Shown here piece by piece: positions 9,188 through 20,236 of a stretch of DNA of 43,235 bases; position 1 is the first letter of the stretch, and each line of letters starts with the position of its first letter. Origin of the DNA: Octopus bimaculoides (Eukaryota); contig NC_068986.1 of the NCBI RefSeq assembly GCF_001194135.2, positions 53,435,026 to 53,478,260 on the forward strand, read 5' to 3'. The notes under the pieces were generated by a model. That model was not told the DNA's origin. It saw nothing but the letters and a program-made list of their open reading frames with translations, and searched no databases. The position numbers were made by a program, and so were the translations under genes.

Positions 9188-10029
9188 ATATCAGGTGAGA
9201 TTCCTGGTACTGAAGCCAGAACTGTTGCAGAAAAAAAAATGTGTTTTCCCAAGCTCTCTCTTATAAAAACTGGAGGGAAAGGTAGTGCTCAGAGAGTGTT
9301 ACAGAGCCTACAAGACTCGTGAAAGGAAGAGAGAGAGAGAGAGGAAGGTATCCTCAAATCAGAAACCTGGCCTGAATGCTTGCAACAGAGTGAACTCTGC
9401 TAAAGGCACCCAAAGTAATCCATGTGAAGAGTTAGGTCTACCATCATAGGAGACCATTGTGGGATTTGAACTCGGAATACAAACAAATACCACAAAGCAT
9501 CCGATCTAATGTTCTCACAGTTCCACCAATTCATTGCTATGGACTGCTGTTTTTTACTTTAATAGTCTTTTTCATTGGCCATGAAAGGCAAAATTAACCC
9601 AGCAGGATTTTAATTCAGAGTAGAAAAATTTGAAAGAAATACTCCAAAGCATTCTGTCTTACATTCAGTTATATATCTTAGGCATTGCAGAAAATGCCAC
9701 TGATGTATACTATGGTTGTATTGAGTGCTGTGGAACAGTAGATGGGTCTTGGCATGACATAACTGCAGCGTGGTTTTAATTACCAGATAAAAATAAATGT
9801 GCTTCACTTACACTGCTAATGCTTTTGAAAAATGCTCGTACATCTTATTTCTCTTCCCCTTAAATATAGTTTAACAACAAAAATATATTGCTGTTGTGAA
9901 CAAATGCTTCCTTGGTTATACATGTTCCGATTAGTCAGTCGCAGGTTCACTGCCTTCATTTTTTGTCTGAAAGAAATCATTGTTTTTATTGTCTTAACAC
10001 TTCTCACTTTATTTATCTTTCTATTGCAG

Positions 10030-10094
10030 GAATATGTGCAATGTGTGGAAAGAAAGTTATTGATACCAAAAACTATCGACAAAGCTCAGTGTGA
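10030..10094 (+). CDS. CRIPT: CRIPT last coding exon (65 nt): (G)ICAMCGKKVIDTKNYRQSSV*
   Basis: Acceptor ttgcag|ga, TGA stop at 10092-10094. The C-terminal class I PDZ-binding motif (-S-S-V) matches CRIPT -QTSV. Confidence 0.96.
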
Positions 10095-10380
10095 GATCAG
10101 TGGGTAATATATCCAGTTTTCTACAAGCTACTAGAATGAAGATATACCAGCTAACAACACATGTTTACTAGAGATAAAATACATTTTCAGATATAAGCAA
10201 TTATTTATTCTTGGTCACTTATGTAGTGTATCAATTTCCAAAGGCTCCACAACTTCTTTTTATGCATTGTATATCTATGTTGGTTGAAAACACTGTAAAT
10301 ATATATTTCCTTTAGAAGTTTAAAACAATTTAATTGAATGTTAGTGCTCAATCAAATTCAAATTTAAGATATGTTTTGTG

Positions 10381-10386
10381 AATAAA
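10381..10386 (+). terminator. Candidate CRIPT polyadenylation signal AATAAA
   Basis: First AATAAA noticed after the stop (about 290 nt downstream). Weak evidence in AT-rich DNA. Confidence 0.35.
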
Positions 10387-10771
10387 CTCTCAAAAGTAAA
10401 TATCTTTTCTTTGTTGGCTTAAATTTTGAATGATTTCAGATATCCCTCTCCAATCCTGAGTATGCACCTGATTCTAATATTTTCATTTTAAAAATTGTTT
10501 TAAACTGCAGAAATGGATACTAAAACTTAAAGTGTTTCAGATTAAATGGAGAAAAGGATTTCAAAAAATTGAATTTCATATTTCAGGTAACGAGTTGTTT
10601 AAAATAGAAATCAAAAAATTCTTTCTAAAAAACAAAAAGTCACATGGGTTACTTAGTCCAATTACTCTGCCTGTTGTTTGTACTGAAGGTTTACTGTAAT
10701 TTATATCATGATGTTATTATTGATTACCAGTCTTCAGCTTGGGCAAAGCCAGGTTCTTTTGCTAGTGTGTG

Positions 10772-10910
10772 TGATGGCTCATGGCCTAGAGGTTGGGGTG
10801 TCTTGCTCACAATCGTAGGGTTGTAAGTTCAATTCCTGGACCAGGGGGACATGTGCCTGTGAACAACGTTTTTATATTCCAATTTACTCAGCTGAAATGA
10901 ACAGTAGTCA
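10772..10910 (+). mobile_element. SINE family C head (tRNA-like), partial
   Basis: tggcctagaggtt...ctcacaatcgtagggttgtaagttcaattcctggacc...tttactcagctgaaatga matches the reverse complement of 31845-32165. Confidence 0.7.
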
Positions 10911-11076
10911 AGTTCTAATGTAACCCTCTCTCCTTCTAGCTCTCATCCTAGACATTCTGCTGAGTAAAGAGAGAGAGAGGGCTGAGAATATGCCTATGTT
11001 TGCTTGCAAAACAGCAATGATGCGGTACATTACCATCTCGTACTTGCTTGTGAAAAATGGCTATGTTTTTTATGGA

Positions 11077-11465
11077 TGCAGGCATGGCTGTGTTGGAGAC
11101 GTTAGTTTTCTAATTACTTAGTTTCAGGTTTAGTCCCATTACATGGCACCTTCAGTAAGTGGTGTTCTCTATTCTAGGTTAACCAAAGCCCATGTGAGTG
11201 GATTTGGTAGAAAAGAAACTGAAAAAAGTCTGTCTTGTGTTTTTGTCTTTGTCTTGAGGTTGTGTGATAGTTGTAAATGAATGTCAGTATCATTTATTTT
11301 TCAATATTCTGTGGAAACATATTTGACCATGGGGTAATATAAACTTGACTGGAAACAGGTGGAGGATTGGCAACATAAAGCATCTGGTTGTAGATAGGCA
11401 ACAGGAAGAGCATCTGGTTGTAGATAATCTGACTCAAACTATCAGATCCATGCAAACATGAGAGA
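11077..11465 (+). mobile_element. SINE family A with type-2 3' half ending in an RTE-like tail
   Basis: Head gcaggcatggctgtg. Body matches the reverse complement of 12395-12798 and 41140-41450. Tail ggattggcaacaggaagagcatctggttgtaga...gatccatgcaaacatg, with a short local duplication. Confidence 0.78.
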
Positions 11466-11499
11466 ATGTTAGAACAATATTTAACTTGTTTCAGTAATT

Positions 11500-11602
11500 T
11501 GGTCATGCTGGAGCACCACCTTAAAGGGTTTTAGTCGAAGAAGTTGATCCCAGTACTTATCAGTTCAGAAAAAGAGACTGATAGAATAAGTTACGGGGAC
11601 GT
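11500..11602 (-). mobile_element. SINE family A type-1 3' fragment containing a micro-inversion
   Basis: Flanks match the reverse complement of 5185-5296. The central ~26 bp match its forward strand. Confidence 0.75.
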
Positions 11603-11619
11603 GGGGGGAAAATTATTTA

Positions 11620-12004
11620 ATCACCATCCACGAGTTATCAGATGTGCAGATTAGTTACAGTTCAATTCAGTCCATTAGCACTGAAGATTTGGACATGAGA
11701 CGCGTGTCTGCCAAAGCTGCTTTCAGCTGACCTGAAAGACACTTGGGTTTCAGTTGCACAAGATCTTGATTGTGTTGAGAACAATGAAAACTGAAAACTT
11801 TGTGTAGGCCTCTGAGCAGGCATGGACAAGCTTTTGGCAAAATTTGATGCAAATTCTTTGCTCAACTTTGTGTGTCATGGTCAATGCGACGATCACACGA
11901 TACACACCTTCCTTCCAAACACTGCTGTAAACAGAAGTAAGCTAGAATTTTAAAACTTAGTGCACATGCACAGCAGAGTTCAAGGTCTTATTGATCAAAC
12001 CACG
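11620..12004. mobile_element. Rearranged mariner transposon remnant (second family)
   Basis: - strand from 11878: MTHKVEQRICIKFCQKL (mariner N-terminus). + strand ~11622-11800: TIHELSDVQISYSSIQSISTEDLDMRRVSAK...VSVAQDL (HTH2/linker). TIR-like end (reverse complement CGTGGTTTGATCAATAAG) at 11987-12004 followed by TA repeats. Confidence 0.8.
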
Positions 12005-12049
12005 TATATGTATATATATATATATATATATAAATAAACACACCTGAAG

Positions 12050-12185
12050 AGCTACTTTCAGTTTCCATCTACCAAATCCACTCACAAGGCTATAGTAGAA
12101 GGCATTTGCCCAAGTTGCCATGCAGTGGTACTGAATCCAGAACCATGTGGTTGGGAAGCAAGCTTCTTACCACACAGCCATACCT
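12050..12185 (-). mobile_element. SINE family A head
   Basis: ctttcagtttccatctaccaaatccactcacaaggct...agcttcttaccacacagccatacctgc. Confidence 0.85.
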
Positions 12186-12394
12186 GCATCTGTATTTTAC
12201 AGATGTATATAATTATAGGTGAGAAAAATTAATATTCCTTTTTAATTAAGTCCAAGATAGTATTTGATATGCATTTAATAATGAACACCTATCACACTTG
12301 CTATCAGAAGTGCAGTGAACTAGGAATTGGCTCACTTAAAATCTGTAACTGATGGAAAAAATTTTCACCAATTGTGAATATCATTTTCAAACCC

Positions 12395-12798
12395 ACTTTT
12401 CCATGCCTGCTTAGATTGAAGGAAGCTTATCGAGGCAGATTTTCTATGACTAGACACCCTTCCTGTCAGCTGTTTCCAAACAAGATAATATTTCTTCATG
12501 GACAGAAATGTTCTTGCAGAACATTGATTAATGAACGATACTGCTTGTAAGACAGTGACACTCCTTTACAACTACCATGTGATGTGAAAACTAGGAGTGG
12601 CAAATATACACTCGCACATGTATATATATCCATAATACTATAAGCTTCTTTCAGTTTCCAATGACTAAATCCACTAACAAGGCTTTGGTCATCCCAGGAC
12701 TATACTAGGAGACTTACCCAAGATGCCATGCTGTGGGAACTGAACCAGAAACAATGTGGTTGGAAAGTAAACTTCTTATCCACTTGGCTGTGCCTGTA
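12395..12798 (-). mobile_element. SINE family A with type-2 3' half, near full length
   Basis: Reverse complement aligns with 11077-11465 from head to tail. Confidence 0.8.
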
Positions 12799-13331
12799 AT
12801 ATAAAATAAATATAAATGTACAATTTTGACTATTTACTTCATCACAAAAAAGTCTCCTAAAATTATTCACACATAGCAACTGTAGTTGCTAATGAAGAAT
12901 TATAAAATAATTTTTTTGGTTTATTGAACTTCGATATGGGAAAAATTGACAACCTTCTGCATCAATAAACCACTGTTGTTCCTGAAAGTTGTTTTTTTAT
13001 ACCTTCTACTGACTGCTTGAAGCTTATTAACTTCCTACACTTGGATCCTCAGATCTTACTTTTACATATATAATCAGAGAGAGTGTAAAAAAAATATATA
13101 AATGCATGTAACAATGATTAAAAAAAAAACACCAAAATATTTACCTTTATGAAGAGCTAGCTTCAATTCTTTACCTTGTACTGGTGTTATGAGTGTGGTG
13201 CATGCACTTAATATATATATACAATACATGCACTGAGTTTGATTTGCTTCACTTGTTAAAACTTTTTTTAAAAATAAATAAATAAAAAGCTAATATGTTG
13301 CACAAAAAAAACTAATTACATTTTATTAATG

Positions 13332-13542
13332 CTGGTTTCAAAGTTTGGCTCAAGGCCAGCAATTTCATCAGAAGGAATAAGTTGATTACATCAATCCCAG
13401 TAGTGCTTAACTGCTACTTATTTTATTGACCCTGAAAGGATGGAAGTTGACCGCAGCAGAATTTGAACTCAGAACATGAGAAGAGGCAAAATACCACTAA
13501 GCATTTCATCTAGTGTACAAACTATTCTGCCAGCTTGCTACC
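13332..13542 (-). mobile_element. SINE family B, near full length
   Basis: ...cttattttattgaccctgaaaggatg...gaatttgaactcagaac...ctattctgccagc, with a tRNA-like B box (gagttcaaattc) on the - strand. Confidence 0.82.
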
Positions 13543-15529
13543 TTATTTCACTAATTAATATTAGGAACTTCTTTATCTCATTTCATGGAATCCATCACCA
13601 GTGCATAATTATCATCCCCATCACACTATCAGAGGCTACTGCAAAACTAGAAGCTACAGAGTTCACTTTTTCTCTATTTCTTTAATAATAGATTAAAAAA
13701 AACAAACAAAAAACACTACTTTGGCTATATTAAATATAAAGACTTATGCTCAAGATAGTCAAGAAATGCAGCTGTTTGAAGCTTGTCTGATTAACTTTAC
13801 ATCTTTTAATTTCTCCTGCATCAATACTAGCAGCCTTTTCCCTTGGAATGATTTATTAATGAAAGCTTCTAGAGACATCCTTATCAGTTACCATACATTC
13901 TACATCATAAGTTAAACTTTTGATTAATATCAGGTGTACTTCTTTATTATACGGTTACTATGGAGCATAAGCTTCTGCTGTTTAACAAACTCTTCAAATT
14001 TAGCCTCCTCACACATGAAGTTCCCAGAATTATCACACTCTTGTTAAAATCTAAATCCAGGACCTTGACTTTTCGTGCTACTCAACTACGAAAGGTGACA
14101 TCTTTAGCAAAAAAGGACTGTAAAATTAGAAATAACTTTTATATGTGTACATTCCTGTAGTGTAATTGTAGGTTTTGGATTAAGTGTTAGATTACACTGA
14201 TTGGCATATAGATAAAAAAAAAATCGGAAAATGTTTGGACAAATACTACTACCACTTGAAAGAATAACCTCAGGTAAGCCATTTAAAAAATTTTCTTTCT
14301 TGATCAAAATGTCAAACAACTGCTGGCACTCACATTACTATTAACACTAACTACTGGCAAATTCAGTATTCCCTTCAGTGCTCCCCAAGGTGTCAAATTT
14401 CCTAAAAACTTATAGATGCTACCAGAACTATTGGCACACTAAGTTGAAGGCCTACAGGATCTGATCCACTTTTGTAAGCCAGAGTTATAAAAGGAAATTT
14501 GTAAAGGGGTTAAATCATGTTTGGAACTGTGTTCAGCCTCAATATCTGTTGACTTCTTTTGCCACACAAGCTTCAAAGCCATACCATATATTAAGGTTTC
14601 TAAAGCAAGCTCCTATAATACCCATATCTTCATGAAACTAACTTTTTTAATGACCTTGAAATCAGCATACTCTTCAATTACTTTGTACTAGACAATTTTT
14701 ATATAACTGCACCTAGTTTTAACATCAACATCTTTGAATCAAGCTTCTAACTACATTAACTAGTCCTTTTGTTCAATTACTGAAGAATATATTCAGGCAT
14801 GGTAACATTCCAATTTTCTCCTGTTCAAACAGCATATTATAGATCGACAACAAATCAATATTTAGGAAAAAGCATAAGCAAAGTACCTAGGTTGATGACC
14901 ATTGCCATTGTTTACATCCAGTTTGAATAGAAAAACAGAGTGATATTGGCAGCCAGAGTGTTATTGTTAGTGAAAGAAAATTGGGTGAAGCACAACAAAA
15001 ATTGCTGGACAATCTGGTCTGCTGGATTATTTACTGCATAAAAAGAACTTTTCTGTATATGAGAAAGAGAGAGAAACAAAAAACAATTAACTGAAGCGTT
15101 ATTGTCAAACCATCGCAGTAAAATGGTTTTCAACTGTAGCTGACACCAGTTCACTTCATTTGAATATCCTAATGTCTTTAGAATGGCATCACTACTACAA
15201 TGTCTCTTCTCCCTTTCCCAAAAGGTAAGACCATTCAACAACTGCCAATTCAATAGAAATCAAGAATTAAACATTCATAACAATAAAATATATAACTAAA
15301 TAAAACAATTATGTGAAAGTCACCACAATAAGATTAAAGTTGGGCAAGGGTCAGAGTTGCAAAGAAAGAACAAGAAGGCAATTTTGCAGTTTATGGTTTG
15401 CTTATTTATTTGTGAACATGTATAGAGTTTTACATCTGATTTAGTAGTAGATACTATGCTATTCAATCATCTTCAATAGAGGACTATTTAGCAACTGTCA
15501 GTGATAGATGAGCAGTAACTGAACCTTGA

Positions 15530-15800
15530 TTGTATCAAGGTTGTCCTCAACAACAACGAAGACTACAACAATGATGCCACACATACTACCACTATCACCA
15601 CCATTGCAACCACAATTGATTATGGTGGTAGTAGTAGTAGTAATAGCAGCAACAGCAGTTAAAGCAACAACAATGACAGGAGGTGTTGAAGTGAACAAAA
15701 AAAAACCCAAAAAAGAACTCACTCCAGTTATTGTTATTTGCCATTTCTGCTGTAGTTGTGTCTCCCATAAAATAATAACAATAATAATAATAATAATAGT
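15530..15800. repeat. Low-complexity trinucleotide mosaic (ACA/ACC/GTA/ATA)
   Basis: Seen directly. It explains the spurious ORFs on both strands. Confidence 0.8.
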
Positions 15801-18704
15801 ATTACCAACCATATGCATTTAGAAATCTCTGGGGAAACTAGAGACCACCCAAAACAGCCCGACACTGAAATGGGAAGGACTCCACAAATTCTTGTTATAC
15901 ACATAACATTAAGAAAAATTACAAAATGAACAATTTTTTTTTGTTTACCAGAATCTCCTTCCTAAATGAATGAATAAGAACCATAATCACAAAGAAAGTA
16001 TAAGACAATTGCTGAACAATCTTTAAAAAAAAAAAAAGTCAGTAAGGAGGGGGATGTCTCAAAGTATGTGACTGTGTGTAATGTGTGTGTGTGTGTGTAA
16101 AGATGGGAGAAAATGTACTTTAATACATGTAGAGTTTATTTATTCATTTGAAGCTGATGATTGAATTTGCCCACCCATACGAAACAAGGAAGTCAAAGTA
16201 GTGATAGACCGATTCATCAGCACTATTTCAAACAAATGAATATATAATGTTAGTTCTTTCGGGGGAAAGGGAGGAGACAGACAGGGATAGAACTTGGTTG
16301 CCAATAGTTGTTTAAACATAAAAATCTAGTTTAGCCTATTTTACATTTTTTTGTTTTTTTGTTGTTTTTAAATTGTGAAGTTCTATTAATGTTTATTCAA
16401 AAAAGAGATGGAGCAGGGTTATATGTTTCAAAAGACAAATGTTTAAGACCAAGGCAGCCACTGACCATGATACATATGCCAGTCTTCCTCATAATTTGAG
16501 ATATGGCAAAACTTTATGAACTAAAATGAAAAATGAAATTCCATATTAAATTGAACATGATTAATGAAAAAAAAAAAAAAAAAGCTGAAATAAGAAATTT
16601 AAATATATATTTAATATACACCCATATACATACCATATATTTTTCAATATTTTTTTTTCTTGAAAAAGAAAAAGGTCGAGTTTTCAATACTACAACTTAA
16701 TAACAGCCAGTTTTTTTTTTTTAACCTAAGACAATTACTGCTAAGATAAACTATGGAAACAGTTGTAGTGGATGAAAAGTACTGTTATTACAGTAATNNN
16801 NNNNNNNNNNNNNNNNNNNNNNNNNNNNNNNNNNNNNNNNNNNNNNNNNNNNNNNNNNNNNNNNNNNNNNNNNNNNNNNNNNNNNNNNNNNNNNNNNNNN
16901 NNNNNNNNNNNNNNNNNNNNNNNNNNNNNNNNNNNNNNNNNNNNNNNNNNNNNNNNNNNNNNNNNNNNNNNNNNNNNNNNNNNNNNNNNNNNNNNNNNNN
17001 NNNNNNNNNNNNNNNNNNNNNNNNNNNNNNNNNNNNNNNNNNNNNNNNNNNNNNNNNNNNNNNNNNNNNNNNNNNNNNNNNNNNNNNNNNNNNNNNNNNN
17101 NNNNNNNNNNNNNNNNNNNNNNNNNNNNNNNNNNNNNNNNNNNNNNNNNNNNNNNNNNNNNNNNNNNNNNNNNNNNNNNNNNNNNNNNNNNNNNNNNNNN
17201 NNNNNNNNNNNNNNNNNNNNNNNNNNNNNNNNNNNNNNNNNNNNNNNNNNNNNNNNNNNNNNNNNNNNNNNNNNNNNNNNNNNNNNNNNNNNNNNNNNNN
17301 NNNNNNNNNNNNNNNNNNNNNNNNNNNNNNNNNNNNNNNNNNNNNNNNNNNNNNNNNNNNNNNNNNNNNNNNNNNNNNNNNNNNNNNNNNNNNNNNNNNN
17401 NNNNNNNNNNNNNNNNNNNNNNNNNNNNNNNNNNNNNNNNNNNNNNNNNNNNNNNNNNNNNNNNNNNNNNNNNNNNNNNNNNNNNNNNNNNNNNNNNNNN
17501 NNNNNNNNNNNNNNNNNNNNNNNNNNNNNNNNNNNNNNNNNNNNNNNNNNNNNNNNNNNNNNNNNNNNNNNNNNNNNNNNNNNNNNNNNNNNNNNNNNNN
17601 NNNNNNNNNNNNNNNNNNNNNNNNNNNNNNNNNNNNNNNNNNNNNNNNNNNNNNNNNNNNNNNNNNNNNNNNNNNNNNNNNNNNNNNNNNNNNNNNNNNN
17701 NNNNNNNNNNNNNNNNNNNNNNNNNNNNNNNNNNNNNNNNNNNNNNNNNNNNNNNNNNNNNNNNNNNNNNNNNNNNNNNNNNNNNNNNNNNNNNTATATA
17801 TATATAATTCACACATACACTAACAGACATACACACTTTTCAAAATTAATATAAAGGAAAAAATAACAGCCAACAAAACTGCGAGCCCAGTTTCTGTTTA
17901 CTTGTCATATATTCAATTAAATGACGTTCTGTACATGCTAGTTAGCAGGATGAACGACAACTCTTATAATAATAATAATATTCAGTCTGAAGATGAGGAG
18001 CAACATGAGCTGTTTACAATATTTTAGCGAACAAATAAACCGAGAGAGAGAGAGAGTGTGTGTGTGAGAAAAAGAGAGAGGGAGAAAGAGAGAAAATGAG
18101 TCTTCTGAAAACTGTATTTTAAATTTCCTTCCCAGAAAGAAGTCAAGGGGAGAAAAAGCTGGAGCAATACGCTCTCTCCCACTAAAAGCCATGGCTACAA
18201 AAATTAATTTACACAGGTTTCTCTGAGACTGAGTACACACATGCAATCTAATGGCTATTCAACTCACCATTAGTTTAGTTTTCTTGCTGGACTGCATGAG
18301 TGTGCGTGAGTTAATGAATACACAACAGTGTGTAGAGTAAACAAGAATTTTATACTTTCAACTACTAAATTTCCTAGATTTTTTAATTACTTTTTACCTT
18401 TTTTAATCCCCCAAAAGTTCTTGTTTTAATTTTCAATATTTTTCCTGGCATCAGGAGTTCTACATAATTGACAAAGCTATTCAAAAAACAAGCCGATGAA
18501 TATTCATATCCCTCTCCTAGACAGCATCTCTCCCATAGATGTCTTTCAGCTACGGAATGGTTGTGCACCCTGCCTGACCCACCCCAACCAAACCCCTGGT
18601 TCTCCACTCCCCTAAGACCTGATCTTGTCAAGCTATCCGACTTCATTACCCACCCTCTAAGCAACACCAATCTTTTGGTGGTACCTTAGCCAAGCCCATT
18701 AATA

Positions 18705-18715
18705 TTTATTTTATT
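18705..18715 (-). terminator. Candidate proximal CLTC polyadenylation signals (two overlapping AATAAA)
   Basis: tttattttatt on +, about 410 nt after the stop codon. Unverified. Confidence 0.35.
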
Positions 18716-19123
18716 TAATTTTAAACTAGTCTGACTCACTACAAGCTCACTGCTGAAAGCAGCACATCAATTCTGGTTTTGATGAAAACCGTTTCGACAA
18801 TATTTTCAAATGTTCATGTGTGTATAAATGTGTGCATTAAAAAAAATGTAGGTGTATTTCAGGCTAGTGAGTTGTCTTTATGAATCCATTGACTGGTCCA
18901 TCAAATCAATTACACAATTCCACCAGTCAGCTTGTGTCCCGAAAATGTTCATTAGAATAGCATTATGTGCCTTCCCATACAATGTAAGTCCACCCTAAAA
19001 TGAATGCTGCAGAGTATAAAGGTCTAAGGCAGCAGAAACTGCTGGCCTTTTCATAAGCCAGTCCAATTAGTTTCCATAAAAATTACATGCTGCTGGCTGG
19101 TTGGGCAGGTGAGCTGTCGCGGT

Positions 19124-19257
19124 CTACATGTATCCATAGCCTGGATTGGTCATAGGAGTTGCCATTCCCACCATTGTGGGATTAGGATATGCCTGGCCAG
19201 TGGTATTTGCCATGCCCATCGACATTGGTCCAGCAGTCAACATCAATTGGGTATCAC
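19124..19257 (-). CDS. CLTC: Clathrin heavy chain last coding exon (134 nt): (G)DTQLMLTAGPMSMGMANTTGQAYPNPTMVGMATPMTNPGYGYM*
   Basis: Acceptor ttcttcag|gt. Contains the conserved QLMLT Hsc70-binding motif. TAG at 19126-19124. Not in the ORF track. Confidence 0.93.
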
Positions 19258-20160
19258 CTGAAGAAAACAAAAACAAACTTCGTTAATTTGAACTGACTAG
19301 TAATGTAAAGATCAATCCATCTTAGTTAGATAAAATGCAAAAACATGAAAATACAAAAAGTACTATATGTCATCAAGAAAATACAGCACTGAGTATAAAA
19401 TCTAAATTTGCTAGAAAGTAATTATGATGACGAATATTTATTAAGAAGGGAAGGGTTTGCAAATTGAATTAAAATTTAACCATAAAAGTTAAAATCTAAT
19501 TACAGCTATTGTTTAGTGATCAAGAACACGGAGCATAAAACTTTTCTGTGAGTGTTTGACTAACAACAGCTGGCTACTAGTTAAGTACACAGAAAGCATT
19601 AAGCTATAAAATGCTACTGTACAAACTAAATGGATGTAACCAGTTTGCGTAATGACATTGCTAACATACAAAAACTAATTATCTCTCTCTGTTGGTATTT
19701 ATTGTTCCCAGAGAAAAAAAAAAATGTAAAAATAAAACAGGTACTGGAAAGCATTAGACCACTTTGGTAATGTTTCAGCTGTGTTTATTCTTTACTCTTA
19801 ATGGTTTCAGTCACTGATCTGTGATTGTGCTGAACAGCACATTCAGATGGGTTTTGTTTCAGGTTGATTCATTAAGTACATATTTTATAAAACTTTAAAA
19901 GGAGGAAAAAGTGAAGTTGATTTATATTATTAAAATATAAGCCATTAAACTGTTCAGATAATTATATTAGTCTAAATACATTCAGCATTTACTTTTTATA
20001 TTCTGGAACAAAATCTTGCCAAGGTAGTGGATCGATCTGAGATTTGGCAAAAAAAACGACGAACAATAATTATTGATTCTCTAGCTGTAGCTTGTAAAAG
20101 CAGTTCTCTCTTTATTATAGAAACATCAGTAATCTCTGGCACCAAATATTTAATACTTAC

Positions 20161-20236
20161 CAATGACCAGTGGTCTTTCTTCGGCCTTTTGCTCCTCTTC
20201 ACTTCTCACAGCTTCAGACTGCTCCAACCTGTCAAC
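20161..20236 (-). CDS. CLTC: CLTC exon (76 nt): VDRLEQSEAVRSEEEQKAEERPLVI(G)
   Basis: tatag|gtt...att g|gtaagt. Trimerization-domain end. Phases 0 to 1 fit the neighbouring exons. Confidence 0.93.

Noticed and set aside
13880-14900. Protein-looking - strand stretches (e.g. CDNSGNFMCEEAKFEEFVKQQKL, KVIEEYADFKVIKK)
   Set aside because: They are interrupted by stops, have no consistent splice sites and no recognisable family. More likely UTR or intergenic sequence.
15498-15822. Overlapping ~100-aa ORFs on both strands
   Set aside because: Products of trinucleotide low-complexity sequence.
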